DNA of 33,535 bases from positions 1-33,535 of the forward strand of contig CAWDPO010000026.1 in assembly GCA_963804165.1 (NCBI GenBank), in the 5' to 3' direction. The stretch comes from an uncultured delta proteobacterium (GTDB taxonomy: Bacteria; Desulfobacterota; Binatia; UBA9968). This document shows positions 19,210 through 28,469 of the stretch, piece after piece. The notes beneath the pieces were generated by a model. It saw only the letters and a list, made by a program, of their open reading frames with translations. It was not told the DNA's origin and did no database searches. Made by a program: the position numbers and the translations under genes. The stretch's first letter is position 1. Each line of letters begins with the position of its first letter.

Positions 19210-20193
19210 ATGCTGGCTCGAATTGAGTATTTTTTCTTTGTGCTGTTCGTTCTTCTCGCCTTCACGGCCGACGCGCGGAGCCAAGGCAACGTCGCTTCGG
19301 ACAGGGTCGTCGTCAGTTATCCGAGCAAGTCCATCACTAGTTTTCCGATCCTCGAAACGGCGCAGCGCCGCGGTTTCTTTCGCAGAGAGAATCTTGACGT
19401 GAGCGCTGTCTATATGCGCGGCGGCATCGATATCAAAGCCGTCCTTACCGGCGACGCCGATTTCGGCACCGGGTCGACCACCGCCGTCACCGCATTCGTC
19501 GCCGGCGCGCCTCTGCGTGTCGTTATGAGCCTCAACTCCTACGTCGATCAGGCGCTCTATGCTCAACCGAAGTACCGCACTCTGGCCGAGCTCAAAGGCC
19601 AATCCATCGGCTCGCTCAATCCCGGCGGGCTGGTCGATACGTTGCTGCGAAAAGTCATCGTTCAAAACGGGCTATCGCCCGAACGCGATTTTATTCTGCT
19701 CAATATGGGCGGCACGCCGGAACGATACGCCGCGTTGAAGGCGGGCACCCTGGCCGCCTCGATGCTGAGCGCGCCGCACAGTTTGCACGCGGAGAAAGAA
19801 GGATTCACCAAGATCGCCGCTACCCGAGACTATGTGGATGTCCCTGGCACCGCGCTGGTCGCGCATGTTGACAAAATCAAAAAACAACCGGAGATGATCA
19901 AGCGATTTTTGCGCGCCACGTTGCGCTCGATGAGTTACATCCGCGAAAATCGCGCCGATACGATGCAGATGATTGCCCGCGAATTCGCCATGGCCCCTGA
20001 CATCGCCGCCCTGGCTTACGATAAGCTCGTGGAGTTACTGAGCGTGAACGGCAAGATTCGCGTCGACGGATATCAACTGCTGCTCGACTTCGCCCGCGCG
20101 GCGCAAAAAATCGAGCGGCCGATCAACGCCGCCCAGCTCGTCGACGACAGGCTGCTCGATGAAGTGGTCCGTGAAACCGGCATCAAGCGTTAG
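19210..20193 (+). CDS. NitT/TauT (SsuA/THI5-like) ABC substrate-binding protein
   Basis: GGAGG upstream, signal peptide, GFFRRENLDV, ELKGQSIG, ALKAG, FLRA; no permease/ATPase nearby. Confidence 0.88.
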   Translation: MLARIEYFFFVLFVLLAFTADARSQGNVASDRVVVSYPSKSITSFPILETAQRRGFFRRENLDVSAVYMRGGIDIKAVLTGDADFGTGSTTAVTAFVAGAPLRVVMSLNSYVDQALYAQPKYRTLAELKGQSIGSLNPGGLVDTLLRKVIVQNGLSPERDFILLNMGGTPERYAALKAGTLAASMLSAPHSLHAEKEGFTKIAATRDYVDVPGTALVAHVDKIKKQPEMIKRFLRATLRSMSYIRENRADTMQMIAREFAMAPDIAALAYDKLVELLSVNGKIRVDGYQLLLDFARAAQKIERPINAAQLVDDRLLDEVVRETGIKR

Positions 20194-20262
20194 GCAGGTC
20201 CATACTCTCTCTAACCGCCGCCTATGGCGGCGAAGATCGCGTACATCATTCTTTCACAGTCC

Positions 20263-20422
20263 GTAATCGAGCACGCAGAGATCAAAGCGCTTCTTCGCCT
20301 CGAATACCGAATGCCGGTAGCGGCGTCGATGCGGGCAAACTTTAATAAGAATTTCTTTGATGGCAGCGGCGAGTGATGTGCCAAATGCGGCCCGGTAGAA
20401 AGTGGCGGTTTGCGCGCGGCAT
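20263..20422 (-). pseudogene. 5' fragment of RAYT-like HUH transposase (frameshifted)
   Basis: MPRANRHFLPGRIWHITRRCHQR...FEAKKRFDLCVLDY, overlapping in content with the 15391-15572 fragment. Confidence 0.85.
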
Positions 20423-20536
20423 CGTTTTCCTTAGAGGCCGCTTTCTCGCATCAAAAAGCCACCTTTAAGCGCTGCAATGACATCTTTTATTCTATCTTAA
20501 CTTGTTGAATCAAGATGTTGCTTTGGTCCGACCCGG
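20423..20536 (-). repeat. RAYT-upstream module with GGTCCGACCC end
   Basis: Aligns with 5175-5297, 13340-13460 and 15765-15873; directly precedes the RAYT ATG. Confidence 0.8.
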
Positions 20537-20578
20537 AGTATCTAGTCGACTCTTAAGACAGTTGCTATTGCCCCGCAC

Positions 20579-21697
20579 CTATTCGAGCGCACCGAGCAAT
20601 TGGAATTCATAGACACCAACAGAACTAAAGCCGTGAGAAGATATGACCTTAACTTTCAGATACCGTGCTTTGACGGGCGGGAACTTGAACTCCTGATAGG
20701 GTTCTTTGAAAAACCGGATGTTCTGCGTCTGAAACTTGCCGATCGACTCGAATTTTCCCGTAGCAGAATCATTTCCCGCCAGCAGCTCGAACTCTTTCAA
20801 ATTCTAGCTCTCCGTACCAAGGATCAGTACCTTGAATGTATCGAAGCTTGCTGGCTTATCATTTTTGAATCCGTAAACGGCCCAACTGCCGACAACACCG
20901 ATGTCGATGTACTGCCAATTTTTCTCATCACCGTCGATGGCGTAAGGCCACCGATCGTTGGTGGCAACAACAACGTGGCCGCCGTTTTCTGCAGAAAGCA
21001 CATTCATGACAGATGATCGAGGTTGTGTCGAAGGCGCCGGCTTGGCTACTGAGGCAGCCTGCTCTTCCGTCCCTCCGGGGCCAGGTTTTGTCGGAGCGGG
21101 GGCAATATTCGTCGTCGATGGAGTCGACTGCACCTGGTTTTGCGATTGAGGATGTTGCTTTTCGAAAAAACCGGTTTGGTGAAGCACAGCAAGCGAACCA
21201 ATTACGCCAGCTACGACTCCCGCCAAAACACCCCACATTGCCTTCGACCAATGCCGCGACCGCACTTCGGTATCGGTTGGGATCTGTCTTGGTTGAACCG
21301 GGGCACTGCCATCCACCATGCCGGCGACGATCCGCATTAATTGATCGAACTCACGATGAGAAGACTCACCCTGCCAATCGGAGAGATCTGCTGCTTCGAT
21401 TCTCTTGAACTCGAGGGGAATTTTGACGTTATCGATCAACGCCGGCACGAGAATTCCTCGCTCCGCACCCTCAGCTGCTTCCGTTTTCACCCAACGGGAC
21501 GACACCGAGGTTTTAGACCAGAGAACAACCACACAGCGGGCCGAGCTCAACGCATTCTCGATCGTCTCGTCAAACGACTTGCCGGGCGGAATCTCTCGGT
21601 CCCACCAAACAGACCAACCCTTCTGCGAAAATGCATTCGCAAGCAGCTCAGCTTTCTCCTTATCTGCTCTCGCATAGCTGATAAAAATATCACTCAT
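20579..21697 (-). pseudogene. TIR-TM-F5/8C protein, copy 2, with premature stop
   Basis: Collinear with 14239-15354; TGG->TAG at 20804-20806; frame continues to LLGALE*. Confidence 0.88.
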
Positions 21698-21733
21698 GGG
21701 GGTCATGATGATTCCATGCCGAACGGAATGCAA

Positions 21734-21886
21734 TCACTCCTGCGCGGTGCGCCCCGCGTTGAGCTGCATGCTCTCGGCGATAACGTTTGGACCTGTGTCT
21801 TTGACCAGTAGGTGAACGTGGTTGGACGTGACCATGTAGTTCAGCACGGAAAGACCGAAGCGCTTCTTCGCCTCAAATACCCAATG
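21734..21886 (-). pseudogene. Internal RAYT-like fragment
   Basis: HWVFEAKKRFGLSVLNYMVTSNHVHLLVKDTGPNVIAESMQLNAGRTAQE*; same 3' junction as 15391. Confidence 0.85.
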
Positions 21887-21929
21887 ATCGCGAATTTTGC
21901 AGCTACAGATTGTCGAGAAATAAAAGTCC
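21885..21929 (+). repeat. 45-bp direct repeat, copy 1
   Basis: TGATCGCGAATTTTGCAGCTACAGATTGTCGAGAAATAAAAGTCC vs 23553-23597. Confidence 0.85.
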
Positions 21930-22039
21930 TGCAAATTGACATCCGTTCAGGTAATCAGATAATTCTGAGCGATCGGAAGGCCTTGCTGCGCAGCCGGGTC
22001 GCGTTCATTTTTGATAAAGGTTGGGGGAGAGTTTAGGAA

Positions 22040-23479
22040 ATGCCTATACGTCGAGGAGAAGAATTTCTCGAAAGCCTCAGGGATGGGCGCCGCGTCTGGC
22101 TACGAGGTGAATTGGTCGAAGATGTCACCGCACATCCCAGTTTGAAAGGCTGCGCCCGAAGCGTTGCCGCGGTTTATGACCTTCAACACGTCCCAGCCCA
22201 TCGGGACCTGCTGACCATGCCTTCCCCGGTTACGGCGCAGCCGGTAAGCCTGGCCTATCTTTTGCCCCATTCGGTCGAAGATCTGACCCGCCAGCGAAAG
22301 ATGTATGAGTTCCTCGTGCGTCGTGCTGGAGGCGTGGCGGCTCGCCTACCCCAGCACCTGGCTACCGTTGTTTTGGGGCTGCACGACGTTCGTGACATCC
22401 TGGGCAAAGAAAATTCGGCCTTCGCGGGGAACGTTACCCGCTACTTCGAGTATTGCCGCGAAAACGATTTGGCCATCGCCACGATTTTCAACGACCCATT
22501 TCATCACCGAAGCCATCCGCAGTCCAAGCAAGAATACTTGAGGGTGGTTGAGAGGCGGGCCGATGGCATTGTGGTGAGAGGTGCCAAAGGAGTGGGAACG
22601 CAGGCACCCTACGCCAATGACATCCTGTGTCTAACCCAACCACGACCTGACCTCCAGCCCGAGGAGGTGTTGTATTTCGCCGTGCCTGTGAACTCTCCAG
22701 GCCTCCAGCTCATCTGCCGGCAGCCCCTGGCGCCACCCAACCCTGAGGATCATCCCTTAAGTCCGCACTGGGACGAGATGGACGCCATGGTGCTGTTCGA
22801 CAACGTGTTCATACCCTGGGATCGAGTATTCTATTTGCGTCAATCCGATCCCGAAGACCCGAGTCTATACGCGCGGCTTTTCCAAGGAGCCATGGGTATT
22901 GGGCCCTGGTATGTTTTAGTGCGGATGGCGGTCAAGGCGGAGGTGTTGCTGGGCATCTGCGCGGCGATGGCCGAATATCTCGGCACCACTAAACAACCTC
23001 ATGTACAGATGGCCCTGGCCGACGCCATAGTCTACCTGGAGACGATGAGGGCCTTCATCCATAGCGCTGAAACGAACCCTGTCCGCTCTCAATCGGGGCT
23101 CACCCTGCCCAACTGGATCCCGGCGCAAGCAGCCCGCATCTTCTCGATAGAGGGCTATCCCCAGATGCTACAGATGATACGCGAACTGTGTGGCTCCGGT
23201 ATCCTGATGTCGCCGAACGAAACTGATATGAATAATTCCGAGGTCGGCCACCAAATCCGGCGCTTTTTTGTGGGGGAGAACGAGCGCACGCAAGAATGCT
23301 TTCGCATGCTGAAGCTGGCGTGGGAATATGCCTGCGACTCTTTCGGCTCCCGCCAACTACTCTTCGAAATGTACAACGTCGCCAGCCTGGCCACCAACAA
23401 ACAGAGGCTCGTGAATAGCTACGATCTGAGCCCCTTCGTCCGCCTGGCTAAAGAATTGGCAGGCATTAACGAACGCTAG
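22040..23479 (+). CDS. 4-hydroxyphenylacetate 3-monooxygenase (HpaB)-family flavin-dependent oxygenase
   Basis: GEEFLESLRDGR.VW..GE.VEDV..HP, LRVVERRADGIVVRGAK, DHPLS..DEMDA...FDNVFIPWDRVF, LKLAW....FGSRQ.LFE; substrate unknown; no reductase gene in window. Confidence 0.92.
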   Translation: MPIRRGEEFLESLRDGRRVWLRGELVEDVTAHPSLKGCARSVAAVYDLQHVPAHRDLLTMPSPVTAQPVSLAYLLPHSVEDLTRQRKMYEFLVRRAGGVAARLPQHLATVVLGLHDVRDILGKENSAFAGNVTRYFEYCRENDLAIATIFNDPFHHRSHPQSKQEYLRVVERRADGIVVRGAKGVGTQAPYANDILCLTQPRPDLQPEEVLYFAVPVNSPGLQLICRQPLAPPNPEDHPLSPHWDEMDAMVLFDNVFIPWDRVFYLRQSDPEDPSLYARLFQGAMGIGPWYVLVRMAVKAEVLLGICAAMAEYLGTTKQPHVQMALADAIVYLETMRAFIHSAETNPVRSQSGLTLPNWIPAQAARIFSIEGYPQMLQMIRELCGSGILMSPNETDMNNSEVGHQIRRFFVGENERTQECFRMLKLAWEYACDSFGSRQLLFEMYNVASLATNKQRLVNSYDLSPFVRLAKELAGINER

Positions 23480-23552
23480 ATTAAAAATATTTTAGAAAAC
23501 CTCTTGCCCCTTATGGAGGAGACTCGGAGTGAAGCAAAACGTTGCTCTGCTC

Positions 23553-23597
23553 TGATCGCGAATTTTGCGGATACAGATTGTTGAGAAATAAAAGACC
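23553..23597 (+). repeat. 45-bp direct repeat, copy 2
   Basis: TGATCGCGAATTTTGCGGATACAGATTGTTGAGAAATAAAAGACC. Confidence 0.85.
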
Positions 23598-23611
23598 CCA
23601 ATCACCATCCC

Positions 23612-23701
23612 CGGCGTCAAAAACACTCTCTGGCGTGCGCTGCCGCGCCGCGTCAGATGATCAATCGCACTGGAAAATTCTAACCGTAGGAGTCTCGCCA
23701 T
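23612..23701 (-). pseudogene. Degenerate 5' fragment of a second RAYT-like family
   Basis: MARLLRLEFSSAIDHLTRRGSARQRVF, homologous to 25080-25193. Confidence 0.75.
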
Positions 23702-24080
23702 CCTGTCTAGATTTTTCAAGAAATGTCGTACTGCAGGCTACTTTTTTTCTCGCTTCGCGGCCGGCCACGCGGTCGCAACGTGCTTCCAAGCCCGAACGTT
23801 GCCGCCAAAATCTTTGTGTTGGACTAAGGTCCAATATAAAGTTTCTTTTTGCTCCAATAGATCTGTCCGCAAAGGAGATCCTTGTGGATTAATCAGGGCG
23901 ACCAGTAATTGTCGCTGCCTACGGCGAGCTCACTTAATCGTTAGCTCTCAGAAATCGCATACGCCAAACAAAGGAGACCAAGAACACGGCACCCGCCCCT
24001 GTTGTACTGACATCTTCAAACTGGTAGAGCGCTGCTCATGGATTTCGACCAAGGCAATTAACCCCGGCGGAGGGGTCTAA

Positions 24081-24917
24081 ATGGAAGCGAAGAAAACAGT
24101 TCATATCACTTGGGAGGACGCCCATCGGGCAGAGACGGAGCGAGACAAGGCGAGACAGACATGCTGCCGATCCATACCGCCAAATCGATTGAAACTTACC
24201 ACCGTTTACGTTTCTAAAGACCTCCGTAAACTAAAGGCTTATAAACAAGCCGCTACTGCGAAACTGCTGGAAGAGAAAAAACTGGCTCAGAGTTTCCAAC
24301 TCCGTGTGGAGACGTCGACGGAAACCAACGTGGCAGAGACAAATTCTCAACCGTTGGGGAACCGACATAAAGCCAAGGCGGAGGAAGCCCAACGAACGCG
24401 ATTCGGAGAGGATGAGCTTCGAGAGATTTGTTTTAAGCGTGGCTTGACGAAATCGGCAGTCGGGATATTCCTGGGGGTCATTTTACTGGCCGGTGTCGGG
24501 ACGGTGTCCTATTCGCAACAGAGCAAAAGCTATTTGTCCCATCTAGCTGTGAAGTGGGGAGCTATCGCTCAGCGCGCCGTACGCCATACTTCTGACCTAG
24601 AGGTGATGGTTGAGAGCTCGAAGGCGCAACCCGTCGAGCCGCGACTCTCTTCAACAAATCAGGAACCTGTTCAACCTGACGATCGAGAAAGCACGGCGAC
24701 AAGACCGCGGGACTATTTGGGTAACTTTGAAGTCGTCGACGATTCCTTCGTTCGCGATAACCCTCAACCGAATGCCACCGTCATCGCGACTCTCCCGCCC
24801 GGCACGCAGGTTAGGGTAGAAAGCAAAACAGGAGAGTATTTCCGTATCCGCTCATTGCACGATCCGGAGGTTATCGGTTATGTGCATAAAGAAGACGCCT
24901 TCTTTCAACCGCATTAA
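24081..24917 (+). CDS. Membrane-anchored protein with C-terminal bacterial SH3-like domain
   Basis: One hydrophobic segment (AVGIFLGVILLAGVGTV); VRDNP...A.VIATLPPGTQV.V....GEYFRI...GYV. Confidence 0.7.
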   Translation: MEAKKTVHITWEDAHRAETERDKARQTCCRSIPPNRLKLTTVYVSKDLRKLKAYKQAATAKLLEEKKLAQSFQLRVETSTETNVAETNSQPLGNRHKAKAEEAQRTRFGEDELREICFKRGLTKSAVGIFLGVILLAGVGTVSYSQQSKSYLSHLAVKWGAIAQRAVRHTSDLEVMVESSKAQPVEPRLSSTNQEPVQPDDRESTATRPRDYLGNFEVVDDSFVRDNPQPNATVIATLPPGTQVRVESKTGEYFRIRSLHDPEVIGYVHKEDAFFQPH

Positions 24918-25079
24918 ATGAGGATACATTTCCGTCGAGTTGACGGTTAAAGGAAGAAATGTTTTTGTTGGTTGATTTTGCGCTTATTGAGATTGCATTG
25001 AATTCTCCATCAATTCATTTCAGTGAATATGAAATTCGAGATTGGCTAGATTAGAAAGCCTGCCCCCCTGGTTTCCCCC

Positions 25080-25193
25080 CTTGAGAAACAATTCGCGATC
25101 GCCGGCGGTAAAAAACACCTTCTGGCGCGCGTTGCCGCGGCTCGTCAGATGATAGATCGCACCGGGAAACTCTAATCGCAGAGGGCGCGCCGT
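25080..25193 (-). pseudogene. 5' fragment of RAYT-like transposase (second family)
   Basis: (ACG)ARPLRLEFPGAIYHLTSRGNARQKVFFTAGDRELFL. Confidence 0.85.
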
Positions 25194-25303
25194 TGTTATC
25201 GGACGAAATGTGTTATTGCAAGACCTGATAATCATCTAGCCGGTTTCTCCAGTAGGCCGTAAGTTTGAGCGATCAAACTTTAGTGTCGAAGGAGGAGACG
25301 GAG

Positions 25304-26319
25304 ATGAAGTTGTACGGAGCGATCGATCTGCACTCGAATAACAACGTGACGGTGTTGATCGATGAACAAGATCAGGTTGTGTATCAAAAGCGGCTGCCCA
25401 ACGATCTGCCATTGATCGTCCAGCAGCTCTCAGGCTATCAGGACGCGCTCCAAGGCATTGTCGTGGAGTCGACCTTCAACTGGTACTGGCTGGTCGACGG
25501 CCTGATGGACCACGGACATCGTGTTCATCTGGCCAACACTGCCGCGATCCAACAATACGAGGGACTGAAGTACACCGACGATCATTCCGACGCCCGCTGG
25601 CTCGCCCACATTCTGAGATTGGGAGTATTGCCGCAGGGCTCCATCTATCCGAAAGAAGAGCGAGCGGTACGCGATCTGCTGCGCAAGCGCGGCCAGATGG
25701 TCCATCAAAGAACCACCAACCTGCTAAGCCTACAGAATCTGATCACGCGTAACACTGGGAGTTCGATCCGGTCCAATCGAATCAAGATGCTCGATAGCGA
25801 AACGGTCGACGCTCTTTTGCCCAATCAGGATTTAGCCCTGGCGGTCAAAGCCAACCTAGCCATGATCCAGTGTGCCGATGAACAGATCGATATCTTAGAG
25901 AGGACCGTCACCGAGAGGATAAAACTGAGAGCGGCGTTCAGCTTTCTTAAGACCGTGCCGGGCATCGGGCAGATTCTGGCGCTCACGATCATGCTGGAGA
26001 CCGGAGAGATAAGAGATTTCCCACGGTGGGAGACTTTGCTTCGTACTGCCGCTGTGTCGGGAGCCAGAAGTTAAGCAACGGCAAGAAGAAAGGCAGCGGC
26101 AATACCAAGAACGGCAACAAGTATTTGGCTTGGGCGTTTGTCGAAGCGGCCAACTTTGCCATCCGATACAATGCCAGGATCAAAAGCTTCTATCAGAGAA
26201 AGAAGGCCAAGAGCCATGGGGTGTTGGCAATCAAGGCGGTAGCGCACAAGTTGTGTCGTGCCTGTTACTACATCATGAAAGAACAGGTGGCCTTCGATGT
26301 CGCCAAGGCGTTTGCCTGA
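25304..26319 (+). pseudogene. IS110-family DEDD transposase/recombinase, one frameshift near 26020
   Basis: AAGGAGG RBS; AIDLH, VVES, KYTDDHSDA; L.TVPGIG; second frame FASYC...SNGK...KNGNKYL..AFVEAA, AVAHKL. Confidence 0.92.
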
Positions 26320-26334
26320 CCGAAAGGTTTCACG

Positions 26335-26640
26335 GCTGGGATGGGGCAGTGAGCTCGTGTAGAGGGTTGGTTCAAAACCACGAGGCCTGATTAGCCGCTG
26401 CTCCATCCCTGAAAACTAGACAACTCGGAGATGATTTGATCAGATGGTACGCCCACGCCGTGAGCCACACTTGGGTTGGACGCCCGAAAGGGTGAGCCAG
26501 GGGATCTGTGAATCCCATAACCTTGGACACGGCGTGGTACCGACAGTTTTCTGGGGCAAGAATTGTTGCCAGGGGCGGGGAAGAAATCTTTTTTAAGAAT
26601 TCTCCTATGCCTTGATCCTGATGGGTGACTGGTGCGGACC
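26335..26640 (+). ncRNA. Predicted bridge/seek RNA of the IS1111-type element
   Basis: Stem 26338-26349/26398-26409; segments matching target (GTAGAGGG, AGGCCTGA) and donor (AGATGATT, ATGGGTGA); boundaries approximate. Confidence 0.72.
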
Positions 26641-26789
26641 AAAATCCGATACCGACCGATTGAAAACAGGGGCGCGTGACCTAGACGACCAAACGCTGAC
26701 GAGTTGATACGATGGGAGAAGAAAAAGAAATTCTTCTCCGCGGGAAGGTCTGTGCCTACTTGACCTGCCGGCTAATGGGTGACCCCCCT

Positions 26790-26843
26790 GCTAACGATTG
26801 GAACGACTTGAACGGAGCGGAGCGGTGGAACGTTTGGAACGAC
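26790..26843. repeat. 9-bp TTGAACG/TGGAACG array
   Basis: AACGATTGGAACGACTTGAACGGAGCGGAGCGGTGGAACGTTTGGAACGAC. Confidence 0.75.
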
Positions 26844-26895
26844 TCCACGTCAATGCCTCTTGGGGCGGGTTCCAAACGGAATGAGCTGCTGATTA

Positions 26896-27701
26896 TTATT
26901 TGATCGGGATCATCCCACGATTAACCAGTATCTTATGCGCCTCGGCGCTAGCGAGATAGTCTAAGAAGCGTTTTACGGCTCCCTGAGGTACGCCCAGAGT
27001 GACGATTCCCTTCTCACTGTAGAATTTATACTTTCCCGTCTGTACCATCTCGGGCGTTGGAGATACCCCGTCAATCGCGACCGTCTTTAAATTTTGCCGA
27101 TCGGTCATATCTGCATCGACGTTGACCAGCGAAATGGTGTTAGGCCGTCCATTGATAGCATCCAAAACGTCACCTCCCCGAGCTAACGGGATTGCGTTCG
27201 GGGTTAGTTGGAGATTTCTAAAGCAAGCCATTTTTTCCCGAAAGGCCCGAATATTCGCATCTTCTCGTTGGCGGGTTACCACGAGAATTTTGCCATCGCC
27301 GCCGCCGATTTCCCTCCAAGACGTGATCTTTCCGCTGAAAACGTCACAGATCTGAGCTGTGCTCAAGTTGCTGATCGGAGTCAACTTGTTGAGCGCCACA
27401 GCCGCCGGCGTTCGACCGATGATTTTGTACATCAATTTGTCCTTAACGGCCCCTTTCGGCTCTTCGGTCACCAAGCCAATGTTGAACCGACCGATCTTGG
27501 TTGCTTCCATGCCGCCCGTGTTGCGCCCATAGCTTCCACGATAACCTGGACCGATTCTGATGGATGTTTCACCATATAGGCTTTGGCCAGTTCGATCATC
27601 CCGTCGGTCATCGATCCCGATCCTCCGAGAACGACCTTGTCCTGCGCGGCGGCAATGCCGATGCCCCAGAGCAAGAATATTGCTGACGCTAAGGCTTTCA
27701 T
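26896..27701 (-). pseudogene. PstS-like (PBP) substrate-binding protein, frameshift near 27510
   Basis: Signal peptide, GGSGS, LSTAQI.DVFSGKITSW.EIGG.D..I.VVTR, AIDGVSPT, GKY, FLDYL.S. Confidence 0.82.
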
Positions 27702-28169
27702 GCCTTCACCTTCCATTTGGCGTTTTGGTCATAGCAACCATCAGTCGAGTGTTTGGCGGCAGGGAGTTCTCTGCTACAGAGATCGGGCTTTGCGTCGATT
27801 TCTTTACCGGCAGTAGTTCAAAACGTCCGACGGCAGAACCCGGCTCAAGGCCCACTGTGGTGGAAAGCTCAGAAAGGTGGCGATGGTCAAATCTTTTGTT
27901 GGCAACTGCGACGGATGTTACCCATGCGATCGCGAAACTTTGCGTAATTTTTCTGGGCCGCCGAGTCTCGTCGGGGGTCGGACCGGCGTAACGTCTGATT
28001 CACTGCGAAACGCTGCGAGCGCTACCTTATATTGTAGGCATGATCCGTGAGGCGAGGGGCGAGGCAAAGCGCATGGCGCAAAGAGCAGAGTCCGGGACGT
28101 TCAAAGTTCAAGGTGAGCTGGCTTTTTCCCAACGTTCCAGGTTTTCCAAAAGAACGTGTTTTGAGGTCT

Positions 28170-28430
28170 TAGAGATTCATTTTCAGCGGCAAATTTTGAG
28201 GTCGTAAGGTTCCGCCGGTTCGCGGAGCGCGTAACTTCCATCTGTTTCGATGACGCCGCGATGTGCGGCCTTGAAGCCAAGCTCATTCTTGACACTCTCC
28301 ACAAACGTTAAGCTTCCAACTGCAATCGCTTCAGACCAGCGAGCGTCGCGTACCGCGAAGCCGTTCTCCAGACCTTGTTCTACCCACTGGCGATGTGCTC
28401 TTTGAAAATCTATAACGTCCGCCTGGAACG
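28170..28430 (-). pseudogene. Probable 3' fragment of RAYT-like transposase
   Basis: FQRAHRQWVEQGL...RDARWSEAIAVGSLTFVESVKNELG...YALRE resembles the C-terminal extension of MPRAN-type Y1 transposases (recognition from memory). Confidence 0.65.
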
Positions 28431-28469
28431 GCATCAGAAGTTGCGCCTGGGGATTTGCGGAGACGAGCT

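Larger units (their letters stand above)
25226..26782 (+). mobile_element. IS110-family element, IS1111 type
   Basis: Short left end, transposase, ~460-nt 3' non-coding region, sub-terminal inverted repeat TAGCCGG (25237-25243)/CCGGCTA (26768-26774); TGA at both junctions; empty site CAAGACC-TGA-CCCC. Confidence 0.88.

Noticed and set aside
20804-20806. Programmed amber readthrough (also TAG at 2637-2639)
   Set aside because: Both are single-base changes from sense codons, TAG is used as a normal stop elsewhere in the window, and there is no pyl machinery.
14239-21886. Diversity-generating retroelement template/variable repeat pair
   Set aside because: Whole-gene duplication with substitutions at all base types rather than adenine-specific changes; no reverse transcriptase in the window.
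26010-26030. Programmed ribosomal frameshift in the IS110 transposase
   Set aside because: No slippery heptamer; IS110 transposases are normally single ORFs; a single missing base explains it.
5092-26843. CRISPR array interpretation of the TTGAAC repeats
   Set aside because: Units are 7-9 bp, degenerate, lack unique 30-40 bp spacers, and no cas genes are present.
27760-27815. Minus-strand GGTAAA..GAAA..GACGCAAAGCC upstream of the PstS-like gene resembling a c-di-GMP-I riboswitch
   Set aside because: The P2 stem is essentially absent and no matching P1/P3 could be found by eye; would need an Rfam scan.
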